Source: an uncultured Nitrososphaerota archaeon (GTDB lineage: Archaea; Thermoproteota; Nitrososphaeria; Conexivisphaerales; DTJL01). Taken from it: 64,000 nt of DNA. Positions 1-9,127 of the stretch are shown in pieces (position 1 is the stretch's first letter; the number at the start of each line of letters is the position of its first letter). Location of the stretch: assembly GCA_963842885.1 (NCBI GenBank), contig CAWJIE010000005.1:192001-256000 (forward strand). Direction: 5' to 3'. Below the pieces are notes generated by a model that saw nothing but the letters and a program-made list of their open reading frames with translations, did no database searches and had not been told where the DNA came from. The translations under genes were made by a program, and so were the position numbers.

Positions 1-92
1 AGGCCACGAACAAGATAGGCGTCTACGGAGTCAACGGCGCGAGCAACGCCGTGCGCTACAAGTCCAAGGCAGAGGTGACGGTCAACGTCTGA
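1..92 (+). CDS. smc: 3' end of chromosome segregation ATPase SMC (partial)
   Basis: The frame from nt 3 reads ATNKIGVYGVNGASNAVRYKSKAEVTVNV*, resembling the SMC C-terminal strands (xGVxxxNGxSxV). It lies directly upstream of scpA/scpB. Confidence 0.65.
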   Translation, partial: ATNKIGVYGVNGASNAVRYKSKAEVTVNV

Positions 93-745
93 AACGGAGG
101 GGCCTTCCGAAAGGATCCGCCTCCTGCTCAACCCTGAGCTGGCCTCCAGGCAGAGGCCCTGGGACATCTCCATCCAGCTCCTCCTCGAGGACTTCATCCT
201 GTATCTCAGGAAGCAGCCCGTCCTCGACATGAGGCTGGGCGGCCTCGCCCTTCTGACGTCCTCCATAATCTACAAGCTCAAGGTGGAGCGCCTGTTCTAC
301 GACGAAAAACGCTCTCTACAGGAAGAAGCCGTCCGACCTGCAGGAGCCCGTCGAAGCACTCTCCATGCCCTTCAGGCTGCAGACGCCTGTGAGCGACATA
401 GACGACCTCGTGGCCGCCTTGGAGTCCCTCATGAAGGAGATCTCGAAGAGTCCCTCCTCGCCCGTCGAAGAAGGGGTCTTCCAGCCCGGCCTCGAGGCGC
501 GGGTCGTGGAGCAGGACACCATCGCCATGATGCTTAGGACGTACTCCGACGAGCTCCTAGCGGGGCTCAGCAGGAAGGAACCCACGGGCTTCGGCGACCT
601 AATCAAAGGGATGGAGCCCATAGAGGTCGCCAGGGTGTTCATCGTGCTGCTCTTCCTTGCCCATTCAGGAAGGATCATCCTCCTTCAGGAGGAGGACGCT
701 GAGGACTTCAGCGTGCTGGGGGTAGGAGAGGCCATTGCCCGATGA
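85..745 (+). CDS. scpA: Segregation/condensation protein A (kleisin), split by a frameshift near nt 305-330
   Basis: The N-part has PWDISIQLLLEDF...DMRLGGLALLTSSIIYKLKVE. The C-part (ORF 365-745) has VARVFIVLLFLAHSGRIILLQEE. It lies between smc and scpB. The start codon is unclear, possibly ACG at 85. Confidence 0.85.
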
Positions 746-1265
746 GCAGGTCGAGGCGCTCATTGAGGCTGCCTTGTACGCGGCCGGCAAGCCTCTGACC
801 GTTGATGAGCTCTGCAGGGCGGCGGGCACCACTTCCAGGAGGAAGGCACTGGACGCGGTGCGCCGCATCTCGGCAAAGGTGAACTCCAACTTCAAGGCCA
901 TCGAAATCACGCAGGTCGGCGAGAGCAGGTACGTCCTCCAGCTGCGAAAGGAGTTCAGCCCGGTCGCGAAGAAGTTCGCGACACAGCAATTGCTAACCCG
1001 TTCCGTCCTCAAGACCCTGACGATGATCGCCTACTTCCAGCCTGTGAGCGGGAGCAAGCTATCGACTAGGAAGGGCTCGCAGGTCTACGAACACCTGAGG
1101 ATTCTGGAGTCGATGGGGTTCATCTCGTCGACTCTGGAGGGGAAGAACCACCTCTACCGGACGACGCCGTTCTTCTCAGACTACTTTGGGCTGCCGTCGG
1201 ACCCAACTGCCATGAAGCACAAACTCGATTCCCTCTTCGAGCCAGCCACATCCGGCAAGCCTTAA
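735..1265 (+). CDS. scpB: Segregation/condensation protein B
   Basis: IEAALYAAGKPL, LKTLTMIAYFQPV and YRTTPFFSDYFGL are ScpB motifs. TTG start. Confidence 0.93.
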   Translation: MPDEQVEALIEAALYAAGKPLTVDELCRAAGTTSRRKALDAVRRISAKVNSNFKAIEITQVGESRYVLQLRKEFSPVAKKFATQQLLTRSVLKTLTMIAYFQPVSGSKLSTRKGSQVYEHLRILESMGFISSTLEGKNHLYRTTPFFSDYFGLPSDPTAMKHKLDSLFEPATSGKP

Positions 1266-1310
1266 ATGTGCGTCGAATGACCCCTAGGAAACTGAAAGGG
1301 GAAGCTCTGT

Positions 1311-1697
1311 TTGCAGAAGCCAATGGAGAACCTCAGGAAGAGGAAGCTCACGGGCGGCCGGCGCGTGCCATCTAGGGGACGTAGAGGCTACGAGAAGGAC
1401 GGGTACTCGAAGGAGACCGTGCTGGGCGCCAAGAAGCTCTCCACCAGGCGCCTCAGGGGAGGGTCGTCCAAGGTCACGGCCGTCCGAATGGACATGGCCA
1501 ACGTCATGGACCCGGCGACTCACACCGCCAAGAAGGTCAAGATATCAAGGGTCCTCAGCAACGCTGCCAACAGGGACTACGAAAGGCGAGGCGTCATGAC
1601 GAAGGGCGCCGTTATCGAGACCGAGGCTGGGAAGGCCAGAGTGACCTCGAGGCCGTCTCAGGATGGTGTCGTCAACGCCGTTCTCATCCAAAAATAG
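1311..1697 (+). CDS. rps8e: 30S ribosomal protein S8e
   Basis: KRKLTGG, RLRGG, TKGAVIETEAGKARVTSRPSQDGVVNAVL. Confidence 0.97.
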   Translation: MQKPMENLRKRKLTGGRRVPSRGRRGYEKDGYSKETVLGAKKLSTRRLRGGSSKVTAVRMDMANVMDPATHTAKKVKISRVLSNAANRDYERRGVMTKGAVIETEAGKARVTSRPSQDGVVNAVLIQK

Positions 1698-1728
1698 AAA
1701 TAGCACCCGTCACAAGATGGGCTAGCCA

Positions 1729-2024
1729 ATGAAGGACTACGGCAAGCAGAGTCTTCTGGCTGGACTACTTCGACTCAGCGCTGAGCAGGGAATCCGGAAG
1801 GAGGGTGAGCCTCCCCCTGGCCACGAGGAGCCCGACGGTGGAGGAGCTGGCAGCGGCGGCAAGGATCCTCGGCTACGAGCCGCACGTCGAGAAGGCACGG
1901 CATCCCGCCAGGCCCACCAAGCCCTCCGGCTACATCCAGGTGGAGAAGAAGGACGAGCAAGAAGGAGGCGCTGCTCGCCCTTGCCAAGGCCTTGGCCGAA
2001 GGCAGGGCCCAGCAGAAACGCTGA
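1729..2024 (+). CDS. srp19: Signal recognition particle protein SRP19 (several frameshifts, likely sequence errors)
   Basis: Pieces in different frames join to MKDY..VFWLDYFDSALSRESGRRVSLPLATRSPTVEELAAAARILG...HPARPTKPSGYIQV..KKEALLALAKAL. Its position after rps8e is conserved. Confidence 0.85.
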
Positions 2025-2074
2025 CCTGACCGAGGGCAAGCTTAATACGGCGCACGCCCGCACCTTCGTCCGTT

Positions 2075-2299
2075 TTGCAGGAGATTGGGACCATCATTCG
2101 CAGGGCTCGCAGCGGCATGGTCATCGTCAGGCTGGCTAAGGAGCCCCACGAGGGACAGGTCCTGTTCGATTCCAAAGGGCGCTCGGTCGGCCGGGTTACC
2201 GAAATCTTCGGACCGGTGAAGGGCGCGTACGCTTCCCTCCTGCCACACACGGACAGGATCGAAGGTCTGGTGGGGGAGAAGGTGTTCTCCAGGAATTGA
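2075..2299 (+). CDS. gar1: H/ACA RNP protein Gar1/Naf1
   Basis: VGRVTEIFGPVKGAYAS motif, 74 aa, immediately upstream of tfb. Confidence 0.88.
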   Translation: MQEIGTIIRRARSGMVIVRLAKEPHEGQVLFDSKGRSVGRVTEIFGPVKGAYASLLPHTDRIEGLVGEKVFSRN

Positions 2300-3480
2300 A
2301 GCCGAGGTTCGAAAAGGACTCCGAGTCGCAGCCTTCGAAGTGCCCCCAGTGCAACTCGCCCCTCATAGGCGACCGTGCGGCCGGCGAAGTCGTGTGCCCG
2401 ACCTGCGGCTACGTCCTACTTGACGAGGTCGAGTTCGAAGGGCCGGAATGGAAGGCCGTAGACCCAGAGGACAAGCTGAAGAAGAGCCGGGTCGGGGCGC
2501 CGCTGACCTACACACTTCACGACTTCGGGCTGACGACGACCATCGACGGTAGCGGCGTCGATTCACACGGCAACAGGATCACGGGGGACGAAAGGGCCAA
2601 GATGGAGCGGATGAAGACCTGGCAGTTCAGGCTGCGCACCATCGACAGCAAGGAGAGGAGCATGTCCAACGTCCTCCAGAAGATCCATGAGATATCGGTG
2701 GGCCTGAACCTCCCAGGGAACGTCTCGGAGACGGCCGCCTACATTTTCAGGCAGTACTCCAAACCCAACTTCTGCCGACGCTGTAAGGAGGAGGTGGAGC
2801 CCGCGGAGGTCCCCGTCTGCCTGGACTGCGGAATAGGGATAGTCAGGAAGTGCCCCCAGTGCGGCGTGAGGGGTTCGTCGGACGAACGGTACTGCAGGTA
2901 CTGCGGGACGTCGGTGAAGAGCAGCTGCGTCAAGTGCGGAAGGGAGTATCCCTCCGAGCCCTTCTGCCCACGTTGCGGCACGCCCCTTCACAGCAGGTCT
3001 CGGGGGAAGCAGGTGGCGGGGGTGGCGTCGGCGGCCATATACTTGGCCTGCAGGAAGTGCGAGGTGAACAGGTCGCTGGCGGAGGTGGCGGAGAGGTCGT
3101 ACCTCGACAAGAAGGTGGTGGCGAAGTACTACCGGCAGATGGTCAAGGAGATGGAGATGAGCAGCGTCCCCATGGCCTCCATCCAGAAGCACATCTCCAA
3201 GCTATTCAACAACCTCAACTCCACGACCAAGATGCCCGAGAAGGTCGAGCGCCTGGCGATCAGCATAGCCACGAAGGCCTCCGGTGCGTCGATGAGCAGC
3301 GGCAGGTCCCCTGCAGGGCTGGCGGCGGCCTTCCTCTACGTCTCGGCGAACCTCCTCAACGAGCACCTCCCCCAGAGGGACGTGGCGGAGGCGGCCGGGA
3401 TAACCGAAGTGACGATCAGGAAGCGCTGCAAGGAGCTCTTCGAGAACTTCAACATCTCGGTCAAGGTCCACGCAGCATAG
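2296..3480 (+). CDS. tfb: Transcription initiation factor IIB with an internal triple zinc-ribbon insertion
   Basis: N-terminal Zn ribbon CPQC..CPTC, B-reader GPEWK..SRVGAP..HDFGLTT, and two cyclin repeats (AAIYLACR; GRSPAGLAAAFLY..VAEAAGITEVTIRKR). A Cys-rich insert lies at about 2761-2997. Confidence 0.95.
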   Translation: MKPRFEKDSESQPSKCPQCNSPLIGDRAAGEVVCPTCGYVLLDEVEFEGPEWKAVDPEDKLKKSRVGAPLTYTLHDFGLTTTIDGSGVDSHGNRITGDERAKMERMKTWQFRLRTIDSKERSMSNVLQKIHEISVGLNLPGNVSETAAYIFRQYSKPNFCRRCKEEVEPAEVPVCLDCGIGIVRKCPQCGVRGSSDERYCRYCGTSVKSSCVKCGREYPSEPFCPRCGTPLHSRSRGKQVAGVASAAIYLACRKCEVNRSLAEVAERSYLDKKVVAKYYRQMVKEMEMSSVPMASIQKHISKLFNNLNSTTKMPEKVERLAISIATKASGASMSSGRSPAGLAAAFLYVSANLLNEHLPQRDVAEAAGITEVTIRKRCKELFENFNISVKVHAA

Positions 3481-3560
3481 GCTATGGTCATATTCAGAAA
3501 GAGCTTTTAGGAGGGAAAACGCTCAGAGACTTCGTTACAACCAACCGGAGGGATTGTGCC

Positions 3561-3944
3561 TTGCAAGAAGCAGATGAAGACCTAATCAGCAAAGTGTATC
3601 GTCTCGTCATAGAGAACGGCGAATCTGGGATCCTGCAGAGCGAGCTCTGGAAGGTGCTCGGTCTGACCAGCAGGGACGGCTCGAGGATAGCTTCCAGGCT
3701 TGAGAAGAGGCGTCTCATCAAGAGGGAGAAGGTCCTTGAGAGGGGAAGGTGGACGTACAAGCTCCTCCCCCTGGTCATCCCCATCGACACGAGCAGCATC
3801 GAGGAGGCTCCATGCATCCGGTGCCCTGACGAGGAGAGATGCTTCGTGGACGGAGAGGTGAGCCCCCTCACATGCCTGAAGATCGAGAACTGGTACAACC
3901 TGGAGTACCAGGTGAGACACGGCGATGCGCCCGCTTCAAGCTAA
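3561..3944 (+). CDS. TFE beta / RPC34-like winged-helix + Fe-S cluster protein
   Basis: GILQSELWKVLGLTSRDGSRIASRLEKRRLIKREK winged helix plus a C-terminal CIRC-x5-C-x11-C. It is next to tfb/gar1 as known for cren/thaumarchaeal RPC34 homologues. TTG start inside ORF 2850-3944. Confidence 0.85.
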   Translation: MQEADEDLISKVYRLVIENGESGILQSELWKVLGLTSRDGSRIASRLEKRRLIKREKVLERGRWTYKLLPLVIPIDTSSIEEAPCIRCPDEERCFVDGEVSPLTCLKIENWYNLEYQVRHGDAPASS

Positions 3945-4521
3945 GAGGGACCTCTACAGGCGCAAGGCCAGGGAAGAGGGGTACCGAAGCAGGGCGGCAT
4001 ACAAGCTCATTCAGCTCGACGAGAAGTTCGGCCTCATGGAGGAGGGTGACACTGTGCTGGACATAGGATGCGCCCCGGGCGGCTGGCTGCAGGCGGAGTC
4101 GGAGCGCGTCGGCCGTGACGGTCGGGTCGTGGGGGTCGACATCAACCCGGTCGAGCCTCCGTCGGGAAACGTGGAGACAATGGTGCTGGATATCACGAGC
4201 CCAGCGGCCGCCGAGGAGCTCAGCGCCAAGCTGCCCGAGGGGGCCGACGCCGTCTTTTCGGACCTGTCGCCAACGATGATGGGGGTATGGGAGGTGGACA
4301 GCGGGAAGCAAATCGACATGACCAGGGCGGCGTACGACATCGCCTGCAAAGTGCTGAAGAAGGGGAAGAACGCCGTGTTCAAGATCTTCGAAGGCGAATT
4401 CACCGAGGAGTTCGTCAGGTATGCCAAGCCCAGGTTCGAGAAGACGGACCTGGCGAAGCCCGAGGCGAGCAGGAAGGCGAGCAGCGAGCTCTATTTCGTC
4501 TGCCTGGGCTTCAAGGGCTGA
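3925..4521 (+). CDS. rlmE: 23S rRNA 2'-O-methyltransferase RlmE/FtsJ
   Basis: YRSRAAYKL, LDIGCAPGGW, KPEASRKASSELY. Confidence 0.95.
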   Translation: MRPLQAKRDLYRRKAREEGYRSRAAYKLIQLDEKFGLMEEGDTVLDIGCAPGGWLQAESERVGRDGRVVGVDINPVEPPSGNVETMVLDITSPAAAEELSAKLPEGADAVFSDLSPTMMGVWEVDSGKQIDMTRAAYDIACKVLKKGKNAVFKIFEGEFTEEFVRYAKPRFEKTDLAKPEASRKASSELYFVCLGFKG

Positions 4522-5672
4522 TCGGGGCCGAGGGCCGAAAGGACGTCCTTCACTGACGCGTCCGTCTTGACGCCCTGGCTGTCGACGCTGGACCTGGCGG
4601 AGCGGAAACCCATCGAGGCGAGGCGCTCGACGAGGTCGGTAGGGCTGATGCTGGCGACCCCCAGCTTGTCGGTGAAGAACGGGATCTTGTAGTAGAAGGG
4701 AGGGAAGCCCAGCTCCTCCTTGGCCCGGGTGAAGAGGGCGAGGTATCGCTTCATCCCGTTCGAAGCCGCGAGCTCGGCCAGGGAATCGAGGAAGGCGCTG
4801 GCGTGGAGGTCTCCGGTCCAGAGGGGACCGGCGGCCTTGAGCTTCCCTCCGCAGAGAGGGCAGGTCTCCTTCGTGGAAGGCGAAGACTCCCTGTGGCCGC
4901 ACTTGAAGCAGTGGAGGAGATGGCCGATCTCTGCAAGCGATTCGTTGGCCTTGGAAGGCGATATCTCCACACGGCAGTATGCCCTCGCGTAGTGCTGGTC
5001 CGAGTGGCAAAGCAGGGGCTCGACCACCATGTCGTAGACAAGGGCCCTGCGGGCGACGAAGCCCAGGAGGATCCTCAGCATGGACTCTCGGCCGTAGTCC
5101 GTGCGAAGTGCCAGGGCCCCGTACTTTCTGTAGGCCACGTCGGGGTAGAGCCCGCTGAGCACTGCAGTGTCGGTGGCCGTTACAGCCAGGAGCCCCCCGT
5201 CGGCGAGGGCCCTGAGCGCGGACTCCACGAATGGCGCAGGCGTGCCGAACGGGTCGATGTCGATGATGTTGGGTCTCACGTCGGGGGATGACTGCTGGGC
5301 GAGGAAAAGGTTGGCGTCGAGAGTCGTGAACCTCACCTTCCCTTCGCAGCCGTTCAACTGGGCTGCCAGGGACGCGGCCTGGATGGCCATGGGATTCAGG
5401 TCGTTCGCCCGCACGACGGAGACTCCAGGGCACTCGGTGGCGACGCGGAGGGACCTCCCTCCCACCCCGGAGAGGGCGTCGGCGAGGACAGAGGGCGAGG
5501 GGGCCTTCTTGGCGAAGCCCTCGAAGGCGAGGACGGAGACGTCCCTGACCGCCTTTCCTCTTGGATTGAAGAACGCCGGGAAGAGCTCAGGAGGGCCCTT
5601 CCCGAGGCTCTGCTTAGGCACCAGGAGCGTGGTGCGCCCTTCCTTGTGGCGGACGAACCCGTCCAGGCTCAA
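4491..5672 (-). CDS. trm1: tRNA (guanine26-N2)-dimethyltransferase
   Basis: FFNP, DALSGVGGRSLR, IDIDPFGTPAPF, VTATDTAVLSG, Zn ribbon followed by GPLWTGDL. Confidence 0.95.
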   Translation of the reverse strand: MSLDGFVRHKEGRTTLLVPKQSLGKGPPELFPAFFNPRGKAVRDVSVLAFEGFAKKAPSPSVLADALSGVGGRSLRVATECPGVSVVRANDLNPMAIQAASLAAQLNGCEGKVRFTTLDANLFLAQQSSPDVRPNIIDIDPFGTPAPFVESALRALADGGLLAVTATDTAVLSGLYPDVAYRKYGALALRTDYGRESMLRILLGFVARRALVYDMVVEPLLCHSDQHYARAYCRVEISPSKANESLAEIGHLLHCFKCGHRESSPSTKETCPLCGGKLKAAGPLWTGDLHASAFLDSLAELAASNGMKRYLALFTRAKEELGFPPFYYKIPFFTDKLGVASISPTDLVERLASMGFRSARSSVDSQGVKTDASVKDVLSALGPDQPLKPRQTK

Positions 5673-6359
5673 CGGCGTACCCCACCTTTCGAATAGGTTT
5701 CAGCGAAATAGCGGCAGGTGGAGCTGACCGGGCAGGAGCCGCAGAGGGGCCTCTGGGCCTTGCAGACCCTCCTTCCATGAAGGATCAAAGCGATATGCCC
5801 CTGGAGGCGTCGGCCCCGAGGGATGGCTACCTCCAGCGCGGACCTTACTTCTTCGTACGAGGCCCGGGGCGGAACGTATCCCATGCGCTTGGAGACCCTG
5901 TTCACATGGGTGTCCACGGGGACCACGTCTCGCCCCAGGGCGAAGTCCAGCACTATGTCCACCGTCTTAGGTCCCACCCCCTTGAAGCCGGAGAGGGCCT
6001 CGCGGACGCCTTCGTCGTCAAGAGATGAAAGGAAGTCCAGGCCGGCAGGATAGCGCGCCATCACGCCCTCGGCGACCTCCCTGATCCTCGGTGCCTTCGT
6101 GTTGTGGAGGCCTCCCACCCGTATGGCGTCGGCGATGGCTTTCGTGTCGACGGCTTCTGAGAGACTCCGGCGAGATGCCGACCTCCCGCCTGAGGGCTTC
6201 GAAGGCCCTCCCGCTGTTGAGGTCGTTCGTGTTCTGGGAGAGGATGGTCTGGATCAGCACCTCGAAGGGCTTTCCCCTGGCTTTGGGCCTCCTGACGCCG
6301 TAGAGCCGGATGAGCGTCTCGATTTCAGTCCAGCCGGGACCCTTCAAGGCAGCCATCAT
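5669..6359 (-). CDS. nth: Endonuclease III (HhH-GPD, 4Fe-4S), frameshift near 6120-6160
   Basis: The N-part has PFEVLIQTILSQNTND. The C-part has FKGVGPKT, PVDTHVNRV and C-x6-C-x2-C-x5-C. Confidence 0.9.
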
Positions 6360-6383
6360 CTTAAATAACGCCTGATATAATCC

Positions 6384-6962
6384 TTGTCGGTTTTGGCGGC
6401 CATTGAGACGAACTCCAGGATGGTCCTCCTGACCGGCAGGCCTGGCTCGGGGAAGACCACGGTCGTCTCGAGGGTCGTCCTGCTGCTCAGGACCGACGGG
6501 CTGTCCGTTGGAGGGATATACTCGAAGGAGCGGCGTTCGCACGGGACCAGGGTGGCATTCGAGATGGTGGACCTGGCCACCGACGGCCATGAGACGCTGG
6601 CTAGCACGACGGCGACCGGGCCACGCATGGGACGGTATAGGGTCAACCTGAAGGGGCTGGGCGAGTTCGCGGCTCCGGCCATAGTCAGGGCCACGTCGGA
6701 GAGCGACGTCGTCGTCTGCGACGAAGTGGGGCCCATGGAGCTCATCAGCCCGGAGTTCCGCCGGGCGGTCGAAGGCCTCATGGTGGCCAGCAAGCCCTGC
6801 CTCGTGGTGGTGCACGCGGAGATGGCCGACCCCCTGCTGGTGAGGCTGAAGAAGTCGACGGACGCGCAGCTTCTCGAGGTCACCGATGAGACGCGCAACT
6901 CGCTTCCGGAGACGGTCTACGGCAAGATAAAGGCCTGGATGAGGAGCAATCGAGGGTCGTGA
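6384..6962 (+). CDS. Nucleoside-triphosphatase (NTPase_1/THEP1 family)
   Basis: LTGRPGSGKTT P-loop, GRYRVN, VCDEVGPMEL. Confidence 0.9.
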   Translation: MSVLAAIETNSRMVLLTGRPGSGKTTVVSRVVLLLRTDGLSVGGIYSKERRSHGTRVAFEMVDLATDGHETLASTTATGPRMGRYRVNLKGLGEFAAPAIVRATSESDVVVCDEVGPMELISPEFRRAVEGLMVASKPCLVVVHAEMADPLLVRLKKSTDAQLLEVTDETRNSLPETVYGKIKAWMRSNRGS

Positions 6963-7687
6963 AGGACAGGCTGATCGTCGGGACGGACGACGCCGGCAGG
7001 GGTTGCATCATCGGCCCCCTGTGCATCGGAGGCGTGACGGCGCCGGCGAGCATGGAGGAGCGTTTCAAGGAGATGGGCGTCAAGGACTCGAAGCTCCTGA
7101 CCCCCGAGTCGAGGGAGCGCCTCTACGGCGAGATCAAGGCCATCGTCCCGAAGTCCCTCGTGCTTAAGATCCCCCCGAGGGAGGTGGACGAATACGTTAG
7201 GCACCGCAAGAAGCACACCAAGCTCAACTACCTCGAAGCCATCTACATGGCAAGGGTCATCAACGAGCTCGACGGCGAGATAGCCTATGTTGACGCTTCC
7301 GACACCAATGTGAAAAGGTACGCCGAGCAGATCGAGGAGCACCTCACCCGGAAGGTGAAGGTCGTCTCCACGCATTTCGCCGACAGAATCTTCCCGGTCG
7401 TCTCAGCGGCCAGCATCCTGGCGAAAGTGGAGAGGGACAGAGAGATAGCGATGCTCAGGGACAAGCACGGCGACTTCGGCTCGGGCTACCCCAGCGATCC
7501 CCGCACCATCGAGTTCCTTGAAGAGTGGATGAAGAAGCATTCCGAGGCGCCGTCGTTCTCTCGCCTCACTTGGAAGACCTGGAACAGGATCGGCGTAGGG
7601 GAAGAGGAAGGAGGCGGACAGGGCAAGCTGGACGGCCAGGGCGAAAAGCGACCTGACCTGTCCCTGATGGAACACGTAAGGTATTGA
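6959..7687 (+). CDS. rnhB: Ribonuclease HII
   Basis: GTDDAGRG, GVKDSKLL, VSAASILAKVERD, GSGYPSDP. Confidence 0.95.
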   Translation: MKDRLIVGTDDAGRGCIIGPLCIGGVTAPASMEERFKEMGVKDSKLLTPESRERLYGEIKAIVPKSLVLKIPPREVDEYVRHRKKHTKLNYLEAIYMARVINELDGEIAYVDASDTNVKRYAEQIEEHLTRKVKVVSTHFADRIFPVVSAASILAKVERDREIAMLRDKHGDFGSGYPSDPRTIEFLEEWMKKHSEAPSFSRLTWKTWNRIGVGEEEGGGQGKLDGQGEKRPDLSLMEHVRY

Positions 7688-7714
7688 CTGACTTTCAGGC
7701 GTAAGACCTTCATC

Positions 7715-8008
7715 ATGGCGTTCATCGTGCTGGCCGTCGTGGCGGCGTCGCCTCTCCTCGTTGGACTAGGCACCATGGCCTCCCTCATGGTGCTCGAGGG
7801 GACCAAGTCGCTCATCAACCTCCCGATTTCGGCGGTGATCCTCGTCGTGCTGACAGGGCTCATACTTCGCTCCCCCTCGGCGATAGGGAGGCCGCTGGTA
7901 AAGAACGCCTTCAAGGCCGTGAGCAGGCTCCCGAGCATAGTCCTGGCTGCGGTGGCGGCTCAGATGATACGCGACGCCCTGTTCGCCTTGGGCGTCTTCC
8001 GGCTCTAG
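7715..8008 (+). pseudogene. Truncated MarC-family membrane protein
   Basis: PLLVGLGTMASLMVL and AVSRLPSIVLAAVAAQMIRDAL resemble the MarC C-terminal half. It is only 97 aa. Confidence 0.5.
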
Positions 8009-9078
8009 CGTTCCCTTCTGCCTTCGACGAATTCCAGGAAGAGCCGCTTGGCATCTTCGTAGGGCATCTGGATGGGCGGGTGTTTGAAACAGTAGGCCGA
8101 AAGGCTCGTCAGCGGTCCACCGATCCCCCTATCCAAGGCGAGCTTAGTCCCCCTTATCGCGTCTATCATGACGCCGCCGCTGTCGGGGGCGTCTATGACG
8201 TGGAGCTTGGCTTCGATGGTGACTGGAGTGTTGCCGAAGTACCGTCCCTTGAGCCAGATGTAGCACACCTTGTCGTTGTTGAGGAATTCGACGTAGTCGC
8301 TGGGGCCAATCCTGGTGGGCACCGGGTAGGGCGTCATGGCCCGGACTGCGGAGGTCTTGCTCTCCCTCTTGTCCACCAGCCTGCTCTCTTCGAGCATGTT
8401 GAGGAAGTCGGCGTCGCCGCCGATGTTGAGCTGATATGTCTCGTCCACCCTGACCCCCCTTTCGTACATGAGCTTGACCAGGGACTTGTGAAGCACAGTC
8501 GCACCAAGCTGGCTCATCACGTCGTCGCCGGCCACGGGGAGGCCCCTTTCCTGAAACTTCGCCGACCATTCGGGGTTGGAGGCGACGAACACGGGCATGG
8601 CGTTGATGAGAGCCATTCCCGACTTCAACGCTTCGTCGGCGTAGAAATGGACGGCCTTTGTGCTTCCCACGGGCAGGTAGTTGACCAGGATTTCGGCGCC
8701 CGACTCCTTCAGGACCGAGCTGACGTCCACCTCGGGTCCGTCGGCGACCTGAATGACCTTCGACAGGTACTTGCCTAGGCCATCGAGGACGTGGCCCTTC
8801 TGGACCTCGACGCCGAGCCTCGGCACGTCGTGGATCTTGGGCGTGTTGTTCAAGCCGCTGAAGATGGCCTCGCTGAGGTCCTTGCCCACCTTCTTCTTGT
8901 CGACGTCGAAGGCAGCGACGAATTCAATGTCACCGGGAGTTATCCCGCCGAGTTCGTAAGCGATCAGCCCGATGACATCGTCAGGCTTGGCATGAGAGTA
9001 GTACTTGATACCCTGTATCAGCGCGGATGCGCAGTTGCCCACACCGGCGACCGCGACGCGCACTTTCCCCTTGGGCAT
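8005..9078 (-). CDS. ino1: myo-inositol-1-phosphate synthase
   Basis: GVGNCASAL, NYLPVGS, GDDVMSQLGAT, QLNIGGDADFLNM, DSGGVMIDAIR. Confidence 0.95.
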   Translation of the reverse strand: MPKGKVRVAVAGVGNCASALIQGIKYYSHAKPDDVIGLIAYELGGITPGDIEFVAAFDVDKKKVGKDLSEAIFSGLNNTPKIHDVPRLGVEVQKGHVLDGLGKYLSKVIQVADGPEVDVSSVLKESGAEILVNYLPVGSTKAVHFYADEALKSGMALINAMPVFVASNPEWSAKFQERGLPVAGDDVMSQLGATVLHKSLVKLMYERGVRVDETYQLNIGGDADFLNMLEESRLVDKRESKTSAVRAMTPYPVPTRIGPSDYVEFLNNDKVCYIWLKGRYFGNTPVTIEAKLHVIDAPDSGGVMIDAIRGTKLALDRGIGGPLTSLSAYCFKHPPIQMPYEDAKRLFLEFVEGRRER

Positions 9079-9127
9079 GGACTTTTACGACCATAAAAGT
9101 GTATAAAAATATATCGAATATGTCCTG

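Noticed and set aside
2761-2997. TFB insert as an intein or intron
   Set aside because: No intein block A or terminal His-Asn followed by C/S/T, no endonuclease motif and no evident BHB. It reads as in-frame CxxC ribbons.
2850-3560. 364-aa ORF 2850-3944 as one protein
   Set aside because: The N-terminal part is an off-frame shadow of tfb. The real gene starts at about 3561.
3868-5433. Long antisense/off-frame ORFs (e.g. 3868-5433, 38266-39300, 44012-45097, 50146-51168)
   Set aside because: These are Arg/Gly/Pro-rich shadows typical of GC-rich DNA and overlap well-supported genes.
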